From Sphyrna mokarran (Eukaryota), in contig JAGIQG010000016.1 in the NCBI GenBank assembly GCA_024679065.1, positions 39,804,001 through 39,868,000 on the forward strand: a stretch of 64,000 nucleotides of DNA. The letters run 5' to 3'. The notes beneath the pieces were generated by a model. The model was not told the origin of the DNA and ran no database searches. It saw nothing but the letters and a program-made list of their open reading frames with translations. Position numbers and translations under genes: made by a program. Numbering within the stretch: position 1 is the stretch's first letter; each line of letters starts with the position of its first letter. Of the stretch, positions 11,401-24,706 are shown in pieces.

Positions 11401-13629
11401 AAAATTTAACCCCCAAAAATTTAGCTGTGGGACCAATAGGTCACACAGATTGCACCTGCACAAGGTGCAGGTTGCACTGCTGGCTATTCCACTGCTAAAT
11501 TGGGATGTTTTGTGTCTCTTTCACACCTACAAAACATGCACATGGAAACCAATCTTCCTGTTAGAAGCTCATTTTTGAAATGCATTTATTTCCTTTTAAA
11601 AATTCATTGCGAGACAAACACACCGAGTGCCACAGAGGTGAGAGAAGAAACAGCAATTGGTAATCCAGGCACAGTTATACAGGGGTTGACAGATTGCTCC
11701 TGAATTCCCAAGAGAAAACCTTCCACGTATTAGGAGGTAGTTTGTTTCTTCTCACTTTGGCCACATTAATTAAACAATAAACTGGGCAGAAATTCTTTTT
11801 GCTGATAGTCTATGATCCAAAATGCATGTGTAAGTTGTGAAGGAAGGTTCAGTACTCAGAGGGTTAATCGAGACTTTTAATCAGGAAATTGCATTTGAAA
11901 TTTCACAAGGAGAAAGAAATTAAATGCAATTTAAAGGCTTTGCCAGAAAAGATTTGGAGACTTGGGAAAAAAAATAACCTTTGTCTCCCGAGTACAAACT
12001 TATTCACTGACTCCTTTAGATGACTGCAATATTTTTCTGTTTCAATGTCGCATGCTGTTATGCATAACACTAATCATGTGCAATGTACTCAAGTATGTGA
12101 ACAAGCAGAGTGCTATGTGATTTACAGACATTTCTGTTTAAGCCAAGCAATAAAAGTGACATTTATTCTATGAGAATTTCACAGTGCTCACCAGCATCTC
12201 TGGAAGCTCTGAGACTGAATATCTGCGCTCCTTCCTGTATCCTGTGCCAAGAGCACCACTGTGGCGTTCTACCCCACGGATTGATGAGCCCTGGGATGCC
12301 AGTTCACTGCGCTTTGCAGCCACTCTGGAGCCAGCACACATCTGGAGTGCAGTAAACGTACCCAGAAGCAAAAAGCAGCTCTGTAAGGGTCATCAGTACA
12401 CAGAGCGGCCGCTGACAAGAGGCGCCATCCCAAACCCACATGCATTTCCTTATGTAAACACATGTGGCCAAAAGGCATCTATGGTCACCCTTTCCTAACT
12501 GGGTTATATGAAACGGCTTGAGCCATTCGAAACAATGCCACCATTATTGTTTGAGCATTCCTGCAACTAAGGAAAAGTTTTTTTTTCACACAGCACAAAA
12601 CTGTTCTTTAAAGAGAACAATTATACTCATTGTGGATTTAGGATAATTAAAAAAAAGTGTAGCACCGCAACAGTGACATTGTATACTTTTCGTGCTATTA
12701 AAGGGTGATTTTAAAAGAAAATATTGAATCAGTTTATTTCTTTTCTTTTGCTTTCATTTATCTCTTGGTTTTCACCAGAGCTATAATTATACGTTTGTGA
12801 TAACTGTCCAGGAAATAATTTTTTCACACAAACCACCGTCTAAATTGGCTGTCTCCAGAGTACAGCTGGCAAACACTTGAAGGAAGTGCTTGTGGTACTG
12901 TGTGCAGTTCAACACACCACCATACTGTTTCAGACTCCTTATAAGGACCTGTGCATGGCTTTATGTGCTTTTTATTGGTCACAGGAGAAAAGGTCGTCTG
13001 ATCACCATAAATCAACAAAACATAAAATGAACTTTTAAATGCAAAATTTTAACAATGTAAGCAATTTATTAGAATTACAGAACAGTGGGGCATAAATTCT
13101 CACCTAAACTGCATGTGTTTGTTAAGCTGTGGGTCACTGAATATCGGAGAATTGAAACCTTCATCGTTACAAGCAAAGAATTAACTAACTTACATTTTTG
13201 TTTTACATTTCATTAAGGCTGAATTACTATGCAGCATTGGTTTCAGGGGGCTCTGGACAATTAAAGAGCTGCTCAAATAATGGGTCTTAACCTTATAGTG
13301 CCACACGTATTGATATATGCACTGATAAAGTTACACTAGGATTGTATTTAAGCATCTGTTCTGCTACATTACTCCAAGAAGCTTTTGTTTAACCTAGTGA
13401 ATGTTTTGTGCTGCTAATATTTAGTCTTAGCCACTGAAAACAACCAAGTGGAAGCCTCATGAAAGGTTTAACAAAAATGAAATCCCTTGAACTTTTTCCC
13501 AGAGAATAAATGGAGTTTATTGTGTTTGTGTATGGGTGTTTGTATCCTCTGTGTGTAGCTTAGCAGTGATTAGAAATAAGATATGAAATGCTTTACTCTA
13601 CACGACAAATCTTCAGGTTATTGAATTGA

Positions 13630-13970
13630 GAATCATAGAAACCCTACAGTGCAGAAAGAAGCTCTTCGGCCCATCAAGCCTGCACCGACCACAATTCCAC
13701 CCAGGCCCTACCCCGCTATCCCTACACATTTACCCCACTAATCCTCTAACCTACACATCTTAGGACACTAAAGGGCAATTTTAACATGGCCAATCAATCT
13801 AACCCGCACAATTTTGGAGTGTGGGAGGAAACTGGAGCACCCTGAGAAAACCCATGCAGACATGAGGAGAATGTGCAAACTCCACATAGACAGTGACCTG
13901 AGCCAGGAATTGAACCCAGGTCCCTGGAGCTGTGAAGCAGCAGTGCTAACCACGGTGCAACTATGCCACC
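13630..13970 (-). mobile_element. HE1 V-SINE, near full length
   Basis: tRNA head with B box GGTTCAATTCC, V-domain, and CR1-derived tail (CTGCACTGTAGGGTTTCTATGATTCT on -). Confidence 0.9.
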
Positions 13971-14069
13971 TCTAATTGACCTCATTGATTTACTGAACAT
14001 GATGGGGGATTCTCCTATCACACTGCGCTGCTTTTTTAGCGCAGCGAGCTCGGAATCTGTAATGAGACT

Positions 14070-14420
14070 TTTTTTTATTCATTATGGGACACAGGCGTCA
14101 CTGGCTGGCCAGCATTTATAGCCTGTCCCTAATTGACTGAGGTCAGTTTAGAGTCAACTACATTACTATGGCTCTGGAGTCACATGTTGGCCAGAGCAGG
14201 CAAGGTTGGCAGATTTCCTTCCCTAAGGAACATTAATGAACCAAACAGATTTTTCCAACAATCGGCAATGATTTCATGGTCACCAGCTAGATTCTTAATT
14301 CCAGATGTTTTCAAAAATTCAAGTTCCACCATAATGGGATTCGAATGCGGATCCTGAGAATATTAGCTGAATTTCTGGATTAATAGTCTAGTCATAATAC
14401 CACTGGGCCATTGCCTCCCC
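14070..14420 (-). mobile_element. Deu-domain SINE
   Basis: Colinear with 2735-3130; Deu core GGCAGATTTCCTTCCCTAAGGAACATTAATGAACC on +. Confidence 0.75.
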
Positions 14421-15049
14421 TTTGGGGGTGCCCGGCTGGGTGTCTGGGTGATATATGGAGGAAATCACCAGATTTCTTGTGCCGTCAGCTCCACGCCAAT
14501 TTCTGGTGCAGAGTTGAATGGATTATTTAAATGTGCATCTCTGTGTCCTTTAGATCACTTTAGCAGGCCCAGGACTGAAGTCACCGGGCCTGCTAACCTC
14601 TCCCTCCACCCACCAGGGGTAGTGTTCACTCCAGCCGGATTTACTGTAGCTCCCCACTTGCGGGGAGCTAGCAGTTCGATCTGCTGGAGTAAAGGGGGAG
14701 CAATCGAAGCCCCTCATAAGGTCGGGCGATGGGGTGGTGCCCCCGTGGGTATTGGCATCTTGGCAATGCCAGCTTGGGCCTCCTAGCATTGTGCAAGGGG
14801 CAAAGTGCCAATGCCCGGGGGGCACCTTGGCACTGCCTATTAGGCATAAGGCAGTGCCAAGGAGGAAGGGGTGGGGCCTGATGTGGGTAGGGCCTTTGTG
14901 GGTGGGGGGTGTTGCAGCTGTCTCTCTGCAGTCAGGATTAGTAGAGGAGGGTGAGAGGCCAACGATTGGGGCTGGCCACTCCCCCATGAAAGGTCAGGCA
15001 GGAGTGACAAAGATTGACAGATGTATTATTTGTCATATATTATTTGGTT

Positions 15050-15640
15050 AATGTTGCTTTCTGTGGCTGAAGTCAGCTGCTCGCTGTATTGCCATTGTAT
15101 TTTGACCCAGAGATGACGTTTTGACTACTTTTTCCGCACCGCCATTAAGTCTGCCTATTTCCATCTTTGGAATATTGCCCTACTCTGCCACCACCTCAGC
15201 TCATCCCCTGCTGAAATCTTCGTTCCTGTCTTTGTTACTGACAGACTTGACTGTTCAAATGTACTCATGCCTGGTCTTTCACATCCACCATTCATAAACT
15301 TGAGGTTATCCAAAACTTAGGTGTTTGCTTACTCACACCTATTGCGCTCTGAACAACACTGGCCGTCAATCAAGTAATGCTTCCGTTTTTAAATTCTCAT
15401 TTTTCTTTACTAATTCCTTCATAGCCTTGGCTGTCCATCATTCTTTAATCTCCTCCAGCCCCACAATCTCAGCTGAGATATCTATGCTTATCCAATTCTA
15501 CCACTTGAGCAACCTGACTTCTAACTGCTTCACTGTTGGTGGCAGAGACTTTAGTTGCCTCAGCCCTGAATTCCTACTTAATCATCGCTATCTTTCCTCC
15601 CTCCTTTAATACACCCCTTAAAATGTACATATTTGACCCA
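15050..15640 (+). mobile_element. L2-clade LINE 3' fragment
   Basis: Degenerate translation LS..AEIFVPVFVTDRLDCSNVLMPGL resembles the L2 ORF2 C-terminal AFVTSRLDYCNSLLAGL motif; GGRDFS follows near 15540. Confidence 0.65.
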
Positions 15641-16099
15641 TCATTTTCATACACTTGAATAAAGCCCAATTTTCTTTGTTAGTTATTCTTTCATGGGATG
15701 TGGCTGTCGCTGGCATTTACTGCCCACTCAAGATTGTCCTTGAGATGATGCTGGGTGAGCCATTTTCTTGAACTGCTGCAGTCCATCTGATGTAGGTATA
15801 GCCACAGTGCTGTTAGGGGGGGAAATGCCAGGATATTGACTCATTCACAATGAAGGAATGGTAATATATTTCCAAGTCAGGATAGTGCGTGTCTGCTACC
15901 CTCGCCTGCAGAAGCCACGTGTTTGGAATGTGTTGTCAAAGGAGCATTGATATGTTTATTTTCAAATGCTGGCGTGAAGCATTTGGGATGTTTTATTACA
16001 TTAAAAACTAAATTGAAGTTACTCTTATTGTACTGTGTCCAGTGTGACTCAGTGTTTTTGAATCATTAATTTCCTGCTAAATTTCTATAGAACATTCTA

Positions 16100-17240
16100 G
16101 TGTATTAGAACATGGTATGTTCACATCACAAAAGGAGGCCATTTGGCCCTCTGAGGGGGCAATTCACCTCATGTCACTTCCCTTCCTTTTCCCCAAAGCC
16201 CTGCAAACATTTCCTTTTCAGATAATGATTCAGTTTCCTGTGGAAAGCCTCTATCATACGCCCGGGCAGTGCATTCTCGATTCTAATCTCTTGCTACGTG
16301 GGAAAGGATTTCCTCGTGACACTGTTGCTTCTTAAAAATCCGAGTCCTCTTATTTCGTTCCTTCCATTAATGGGAACTGTTTCTCCCTCTCTATTCTATC
16401 CAAACTCCTCATGATTTGAAAGCCCCCTTGCAAACTTTTGTTTGAAAAGGAAAACAGTATCACCTTTCCCAGTCTTTCTATGTAACTGAAATTCCTCACC
16501 CTTGGAACCATTCACATCAATCTTTTCTGCACTCTCTCTGGTGCCTTCATATCCTTCCTAATGTATGGTGTCCAGAACTGGATGCAATACTCCTGTTGAG
16601 GCTGAACCAATGTTTTACACTGGTTTAATATTACCTGCTTGCTTTTGGTCCCTGTGTCTCTACTAATAAGGCCTTTCATGCTGCGTGCTTTATTAACCAC
16701 TCTCTCAACATATCCTGCCACTTCTACTGATTAATGTAATATGCACCCTGGTCTCTCTGCTTCTGTACCTCTTTTAAAATTGCATTCTTTATTCCAAATC
16801 ATCTCTCTGTGTTATCCCTAGCAAAATGAATCACTGAACACTGCTTTGCATTAAATTTCATCAGTCACCTGTCCGCCTACTCTACCAACATGTTGAAGCT
16901 CTATACTCTCCACCTCATGGTTTGCAATACTTTCAATACTTTGTATTATTCATACATTTTGAAATTTTGCCTTGTATATCAAAGTCTAAGTCATTTATCA
17001 GAAGAACACAGAAACGTAGGAGCAGCGGTAAGCCATTCAGTTCCCCAAATCTGCCATTCAACTAGATCATGGCTCATCTTCTACCTAGATGCCATTTTCT
17101 TCTAGTATTCCCATATCCCTGATATCTTAAATATGTAGAAATCTATTGACCTCTTTCTTAAGCATACTCAGTGACTAAGTCTCCACAGCCCTCTGCGTTA
17201 GAGAACTCCAAAGATGCACTACCCTCTGTGAAGATGTTCC
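16100..17240 (-). mobile_element. CR1 LINE fragments
   Basis: ORF 16512-16721 (TLVQPQQEYCIQFWTPY..ERVQKR) is a CR1 ORF2 C-terminal motif. CR1 3' tails occur near 16110 and 17005. Confidence 0.75.
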
Positions 17241-17378
17241 ATGATGGCACTGTAGTTAGCACTGCTGCCTCACAGAGCCAGGGACTCAGGTTCGATTCTG
17301 AACTTGGATGACTGTGTGGAGTTTGTATATTCCCCCTGGGTTTGGGTTTCCTCCAGGTGCTCTGGTTTCCTCCCATGG
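17240..17378 (+). mobile_element. HE1-like V-SINE fragment
   Basis: GTTAGCACTGCTGCCTCACAG, B box GGTTCGATTC, V-domain. Confidence 0.75.
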
Positions 17379-17939
17379 TTGGCGAGAGGCCTAAACACAT
17401 CAGTGAGCTTGGTTGCCATTTTTGTAAAGATGCCTCAATTTCAGTACACTTGGAGACCCTCTCTCCTCAGCAGCATCAGGATCCCTCCCCACCCTCCCCC
17501 CCGCCCTCCTCATTGGTGGCAGCATACTACTCCAGCCCTCCCGGCACATTTTACAGGTCTCCTTGCCTGACCCTGGAGATTCCTTCCCATCATGCCCCAT
17601 TCATGCTCCACTCATGGACAATCCTCCAGCATAGCTTCCCTCTACTTAGCCCCCTTCCAGCATAGCCCCCACAGCTCCCTTCCGGAATAGCCTCCCCCTG
17701 ATTAGCCTCTTGCAGCATATTGTCCTCCTGCTTAACCCCCTTCCAGCCTCACTCAGGCCCATCCGTCATAGGCTGCACTCAGGCCTTTGTCATAGCCTCC
17801 ACTCAGGCGCCTCCTCTATTCAGATCCCACCCCACTCAGGGCCCACTCCCTTGCCACTGCCCATGGCACACTGGCAATGCCCAACCGGCATTGTCAGTGT
17901 GTCTGATGGACACTGCCAGGGTATCCATTGGCCACTATC

Positions 17940-18295
17940 AGTGTGCAGAGATGCCGGCATTGGACTGGGGTAAACTCAGTAAGAGGTCTGATAACACCAA
18001 TTTTAAATCCAACCTCACTTACTGTGCTGTCTGGAGACAATACACATCTCTCTAACCTGTGCTCAGTGCTCCTTCCACTCACATTGTTAGCCACTTTAAG
18101 ACTTGAATAGCAGGTTAGGTGTAAGGATTCACATTCTAATCAGCAATCTGTAAACTGTCTGTGCTGATATGTGTGCTATTGCAGACCAGACCACCTCATT
18201 CACCTGACGAAGGCTACAAAGGCCAAAAGCTTGCAAGTTTACTATCAAATAAATCAGTTGGATTTAAAATTGATGTTGTCAGACCTCTTACACTG
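17940..18295 (+). mobile_element. Penelope-like element pLTR remnant with inverted termini and decayed hammerhead
   Basis: Terminal inverted repeat (GTAAGAGGTCTGATAACACCAATTTTAAATCCAAC / GTTGGATTTAAAATTGATGTTGTCAGACCTCTTAC). CAC-CTGACGA-AGGC..GCC-AAAAGCTT is a hammerhead with GAAA mutated. Confidence 0.75.
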
Positions 18296-18849
18296 TCAGT
18301 GTGCCAGATGGATACTGTCCAGTTAATCCTCCCAACCACCTGGAGGCTTCAATAGCCTCCTAGCCCCTTGGAGACAAGTGGTGATTCCCACCATTCTTGT
18401 GCCATGCTGAAGATGAGAAGATCCCAGGAACTGGGAGAATTTGGTGTCAAATAGGCTTATACATATCTAAATCTACTTTTATTTGCTAATTGATCTTATG
18501 TCTTTTCTGAGTATAATTTAGTTTGCGCCATTAGAAAAGGACTGGGATGACTGTGAACTGTTTGAAACCAGCTGCGGAACCAATTTTTAGGCCCACACGT
18601 TATTTTCCGTGATCTGGACCAGGCGTGGCAAGGTTGGGAAATTACCCCCATCCTTTTTGCTTCAATCTGTCAAGCCCTGTAAGAATTTTGTTTGCTTCAA
18701 TTAGATTACCTCTTGTTCTTCTAAACTCTAGAAAATATAAGCCCAGTCTTCCCAATCTCTTCTTATAGTACAATCCCGCCATCCTAGAATCATCTGGTGA
18801 ACCTTCATTGCATTCCCTCTATGACAAGCATATACTTAGGTAGGGGGAT

Positions 18850-19650
18850 AAACATAAAAACATAAGAAATAGGAGCAGTAGGCCGTCTAGCTCTTCGAGC
18901 TTGCCCTGCCATTCAACAAGATCATGGCTGATCTGAAGTGGATCAGTTCCACTTTCCCGCTTTCTCCCCATAATGCTTAATTCCCTTGTCTATCAGAAAC
19001 CTATCTACCCTTGACTTAAATATATTCAGTGAGGTAACCTCCACCACTTCAATGGGCAGAGAATTCCAGAGACTCACCGCCCTTTGAGTGAAAAAGTTCC
19101 TTCTCAACTCCGATCTAAACTGCTCCTCCCTTATTTTGAGACTGTGCCCTCTAGTTCTGCTGTCCTTTCTAAGCGGGAAGAATTTCTCTACCTCTACCCT
19201 ATCTAGCCCCTTCATGATCTTATATATCCCTATAAGATTCCCCCTCAGCCTTCTAAACTCTAACGAGCAAAGACCCAGTCTATTCAATCTCTCCTCATAG
19301 GCTAACCTTCTCATCTCTGGTATCAGCCTAGTGAACCTTCTTTGCACTCCCTCCAAGGCCAATATATCCTTTCGTAAATGTGGTGACCAAAACTGCTCAC
19401 AGTACTGCAGTTGTTGCCTCACCAGTGCCCTGTACAGTTGCTGCAAGACCTCCCTGCTTTTATATTCTATCCCCCTCGCGATAAAGGCCAACATTCCATT
19501 CGCCTTCTTGATCACCTGCTGCACCTGCAGACTGGGTTTTTGCGATTTGTGCACAAGAACCTCCAGTCTCTCTGCACCATAGCATGCTGCAGCTTTTCAC
19601 CCTTTAAATAATAGTCCCCCCTACCATTATTTCTACCAAAGTGGATGACC
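18850..19650 (-). mobile_element. CR1 LINE 3' portion
   Basis: ORF 18943-19554 (KKANGMLAFI, FWSPHL, LEGVQRRFTR, TRGHSLKI, WNSLP) plus 3' tail. Older CR1 fragments flank it at ~18650-18845 and ~19655-20400. Confidence 0.92.
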
Positions 19651-21429
19651 ACTTTAATAATGAAAACTGTACACAATATTCCAGATGTGGCCTCAACAAC
19701 GCTCTACATAACTGTAACAAAACTTTAAACTCATGTATTTAAATCCTCTTTCAATATAGGCCAAGATTTTATTCACCTTCCTAATTGCTTATTGCAACCG
19801 AAGTTCACTTTCAATGATATATGAACATGGGCAGCCAGATCCATTTGGTCACCAACACTTCCTAAAGTCTCAACACTTAAGAAATGGTCTGCATTTCTAC
19901 TTTTCCTATCATAGTGGATAAATTCAGATTTTTCTAAATTGTAAAATCACAAGAAATAGGAGCAGAAGTAAGCCATTCAGCCCCTCAAGCCTACTCTGCC
20001 ATTCAATATGATCACAGCTAATCATACTTAATACCACTTTCATGCCTGTCCCCAAATCCCTTGACTTCCATGTTGATCAAAGTCTGCCCAACTCAATCTT
20101 GAATACTTTCAGTGACTCAGCTTCAATCGTTCTCTGGGGCAAATAATTCTACACTTTATAAACTCTCTTTATCTTTCTCTTAAATGGGAGCTCCTTTATT
20201 TTGAAACTGTGTCCCCAGTTCTAAGTTGCACCATGAAGTGAAACATCTTCTCATCATCTACTCTGTCAATCTGAATCTTGTGTGTTATATTGCACTTGCC
20301 AAGTTCTTGCCCTCTTACTGAGGCAAAGAAGCTTTTTTTATCCTCCTCACAACTCACATTCACACCAAGTTTTGTGTCATCAGCAAATCTGGAGATATTG
20401 GTCAGGGGTTGGGGGGGGTGGATGCGAGGGGATTTTACAGCCTCACTCAACTCAAGACAGGAAAGCCCCACCGAAGGTCAGCGGACATTTCCATTGCCCA
20501 CTCCTCACCCACTCCAATACCATGGCGGACAGGGCAATAGCATTCCAGCGATTAAATTTAGTCCCAACATCCAAATCATGAATATAGACTATGAATAGCT
20601 GGGCCCCAAGTTATCAGGCAGTCGAAGGGTTAGATAGAGTTCACAGAGATGTCACACATTACCAGCAGATGGGACATTGGCACCGAATGTCTATCAGTTG
20701 CTTTAAAATCACCATTTCATGTAAGATCCTGCACAAACTGGGGATGGATTCAGCACAACCAACATGCATGCATGCCTCAGAAATGCTCTTCAATCAATAG
20801 GGCTCCCAGGCAATCCAACTGCCATTTAGTAGCATTAGACAGGAATGAGTTTGTACTTTCCGAGATGTGTGCCCATCTACTTACCTGTATGGATTGTAAT
20901 TTATCCTGAACGGCTCCCTAGTGGTGCTTTACAGAATCCCTCTGTGAAGCCTCAGAATGCAAATAAATATAGGCCCATGTTTTATGCCCCTCTCCCCATT
21001 CGCCGGATGGGTTTTGAGGCAGGGGGAGACTATGTAATCACATGGACAGGATTCCCTCAGCGAGGCCGCCTACTGTGATTTTATGGTGGGATAGGTCAGA
21101 CCTCAATGGGAAGCCTGTCCTTACCCTTTAAAGGCTCCACAGTAGTCACTTCATGACCACTTAAGAGTCTTTTCCCATCCATTCTCAATTCTCAGGCTGG
21201 TGGGTACCTGCTGACTGAACGCAGGAAATAGAAAAAGTTTTCATTAGGCTTTGATAGTGTGTGGGCTGAGGTGAAAATTGCTGGTGGAGCTCTTTTCATG
21301 TGCCTGCTACCCTTGTTCTTTATGGTAGAGAGTTTGGAAGATGCTGCCTGAGGATCAGGTGAGTTCCTGCAGTGCATCAGGAAGATGAGCATTGTAACAG
21401 GTCAGGGATAGACATGTGGGCATGTCGGC

Positions 21430-21725
21430 AAAATGCTAAGTCAGATGACAAGCAACAGGAAGATTGGGGTCATGTTGTGGACTCAGCAAAGGTGTTTGCA
21501 ACGTGGCCACCCAGTCTGCATTTAGTTTCCCCAGTGTAGAGGAGAGTGCATTAGGAGCAGAGAATAAAATAGACCAAATTGAAGGAAGTGCAAGTGAAAT
21601 GCTGCTGAAACTAAAGGGAGTATTTGGAGCCTTGAACACTGTGAAGGGAAGAGGTAAAGTGACAGGTGTTGCAACATCTGTGATTGCAAGGGAAGGAACT
21701 GTGGGAAGGGAATGGGGAGTTGGAC
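21430..21725 (-). mobile_element. Neptune-type Penelope-like element fragment (Cys-rich linker + GIY-YIG)
   Basis: Minus-strand translation FPCNHRCCNTCHFTSSL..VQGSKYSL*FQQHFTCTSFNLVYFILCS*CTLLYTGETKCRLG. Confidence 0.85.
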
Positions 21726-21763
21726 AGCTTGGATGAGTGAACCGTCACATAGGGAACACTTAT

Positions 21764-24570
21764 ATAGGAGTGGACGGGGAGGAATTTGTACAGTGTGTTT
21801 TGGAAGGGTCCTTGGAGCAGTATGTGGATGGCCCGACTAGAGATGGGGCTATACTGGATTTGGTTCTGGGGAATGAGCCAGGCCAGGTGTTTGATGTCGA
21901 GGTAGGAGAGCATGTGTCAAATAGTGATCACAACTCTGTCTGCTTTAGGATATTAATGGAAAAGGACGAGACCTGCCCAGAAGGGAAGGTATTTAACTGG
22001 GGGAGGGCTAGATACAGCCAGATTAGGCAAGATCTTAAAGATACCGACTGGGATAAGCTTTTCGAGGGCAGGTCGACGAGGTACATGTGGGAGTCTTTCC
22101 AGGGAAAACTAAACTCTCTGCAGGAAAGATACGTGCCGGCAAGGAGGAAGGATGGGAAAGGTAGGATTAGAGAACCGTGGCTTACCAGGGAGATTGAGGA
22201 CTTGATCAGGAAGAAGCAAGAGGCTTACATTAGATCTAGGCAACTGGGGACTGAGACAGCGCTGGAAGCTTATAGAGAGTGTAGACGGGATCTTAAAAAG
22301 GGTATTAGAAAGGCAAAAAGGGGCCACGAGGTGGCTCTGGCAGGTAGGATTAAGGAAAATCCAAAGGCATTTTACACCTATGTAAGGAGCAAAAGGATGG
22401 TTAGAGGCAAGATTGGACCTCTTAGGGACAGAGGAGGGGATCTATGCTTAGAGACTGAGGGAATGGGGGAGATCCTGAATGAATACTTTGCGTCGGTATT
22501 CACGCAGGAGACTGGACAGATGTCTGTGCCTGATGTTGACAAAGTTGAGGATCGGTTGAGGGAAATGAGGATTACGAGGAAAGAGGTGTTGGGGCTGTTA
22601 GGCAGCTTAAAGACATATAAAGCTCCGGGGCCTGATGGCATTTACCCCCGGCTGCTAAGGGAGTTGAGGGAAGACTTGGCTGGGCCTCTGACGCAAATCT
22701 TTGTCTCTTCCTTGGACACAGGTGAGGTCCCAGAGGACTGGAGGATAGCAAACGTAGTACCGTTGTTTAAAAAAGGTCAGAGGGCTCACCCAGGGAACTA
22801 TAGGCCGGTGAGCTTGACTTCAGTTATAGGTAAGCTAATGGAGAGGATCCTTAGGGGCAGGATGTATGAGCATCTGGAGCGCTGCGATCTGATCAGGGAT
22901 ACGCAGCATGGCTTCGTCAAGGGGAAGTCTTGTCTTACAAATCTAGTGGAAATTTTTGAAGAAGTGACAAAAACAGTTGATGAAGGACAGGCTGTTGATG
23001 TCGTCTACATGGATTTCAGTAAGGCGTTTGACAAGGTTCCTCATGGTAGACTGATAGAGAAGGTGAAGGCGCATGGGATACAGGGTTGGGTATGTAGATG
23101 GGTCGAAAACTGGCTCGGAAGGAGGAGACAGAGGGTAGTAGTGGAAGGCTCTTTTTCCAGCTGGAAGCCTGTCCCTAGTGGAGTGCCACAAGGCTCAGTA
23201 CTAGGTCCTCTTCTATTTGTGGTCTACATAAACGACTTGGAAGTTGGGATAGGTGGTGAGATCAGCAAATTTGCTGATGACACCAAGATGCTTGGATTGG
23301 CGGGTACAGAGGAGCAGTGTCAGGCAATACAACAGGACATAGGTAGGTTGGTAGACTGGGCAGATAGATGGCAAATGGAATTTAATCCGGATAAATGCGA
23401 GGTGATTCATTTTGGCCGGAAAAATGTAGAAGAGAGTTATAGGATAAAAGGTAAAACTATTCGGAGTATAGAGACGCAGAGAGACCTGGGGGTGCAGGTT
23501 CACAAGTCTCTAAAGGTGTCTTTACAGGTGGAGAAGGTGATAAAGAAAGCGTATAGTATGTTAGCTTTCATAGAAAAGGGTATAGAATACAAGAGTAGGA
23601 GTTTGATGTTGCATTTGTATAGAACGTTGGTTAGGCCTCACTTGGAATACTGCGTCCAGTTCTGGTCGCCGTACTATCGGAAGGATGTGGAGTCCTTGGA
23701 GAGAGTGCAGAGGGGGTTTACCAGGATGCTGCCTGGTATGGAAGGACTGTCTTATGAGGAACGATTAAATAGACTGGCGTTGTTTTCCCTTGAAAGACGT
23801 CGGCTTAGAGGGGATCTCATAGAGGTGTATAAGATTATAAGGGGTATAGATAGAGTAAATGGAGGTAAACTTTTTCCACCTTCAGAAATGGATAGGACGA
23901 GGGGTCATGGCCATAGAGTGAGGGGGGCTATGTATAAGACGAATATTAGAGGGCAGTTTTTCACACAAAGGGTAGTGGGGGGTGTGGAATGCACTGCCGA
24001 GTAAGGTGGTGGGAGCAGGCACGCTAGGGCTGTTTAAGGGTCTCTTGGACAGCCACATGAGCGTTATGCAGATAGAGGGATACAGTAGGACTGTTTAACT
24101 ACGGCTTTTTTTTTTCCCACAGGTAATTCGGTCCAACTTGACCAACAAGGAGCATGCATTCGGCAGGTGGTGCGAGGACAGCTCTTGGGTGTTGATTCAT
24201 GGGTTGCCTGGTGCTTCATGTCGTAAATGAGTGCTTTATGTGGACCATCTGAAGGGCACCATGACAGCTCAGAGACTATCGATGTGGCTGTGCAAACACT
24301 TGGAATTGGGCCGGTGTCTGCGGGAGTTTGCGCGTTCTCCCCGTGGTTGCGTGGGTTTTCTCCGGGCACTCCGGTTTCCTCCCACATACCAAAAATTCGC
24401 TCTTAGGCTGATTGGGAAACAAATTGTCCCTATAGTGAGAGTCTTCCATATTAGGAATAACCTAAATCTATAATAGGATAATGGATTTGCTACTATATAG
24501 TTATGACGGCGGCGCGGGCTCGTTGGGCCTAAGGGCCTGTTTCCCGTGCTGTGTTGCTCTTAAAAAAAAA
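21764..24570 (+). mobile_element. 5'-truncated CR1 LINE (copy B): long open ORF2 + long 3' UTR
   Basis: ORF 21737-24004 (755 aa) is colinear with copy A and keeps intact RT motifs (DFSKAFDKVPH, VPQGSVLGP, FADDTK). It has a frameshift in the G-run near 23977-23982 and ends ..GGCCTGTTTCCCGTGCTGTG + A-run. Confidence 0.95.
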
Positions 24571-24706
24571 TATACAAACTTTATTCAAGTAATATTTGGT
24601 AAGTGGAGGTGATGTGTGGGTAACTGTTGATAGAAAATGCCAACGAATACTGCTCTAACTGACTGCTGATGTTACACGGGTTTCTAAAGTTCTGTCTGAC
24701 TTTTCT

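Noticed and set aside
12168-12381. CART-like prepropeptide exon on the minus strand
   Set aside because: No in-frame start for the hydrophobic stretch, and no downstream Cys-rich CART exon was found.
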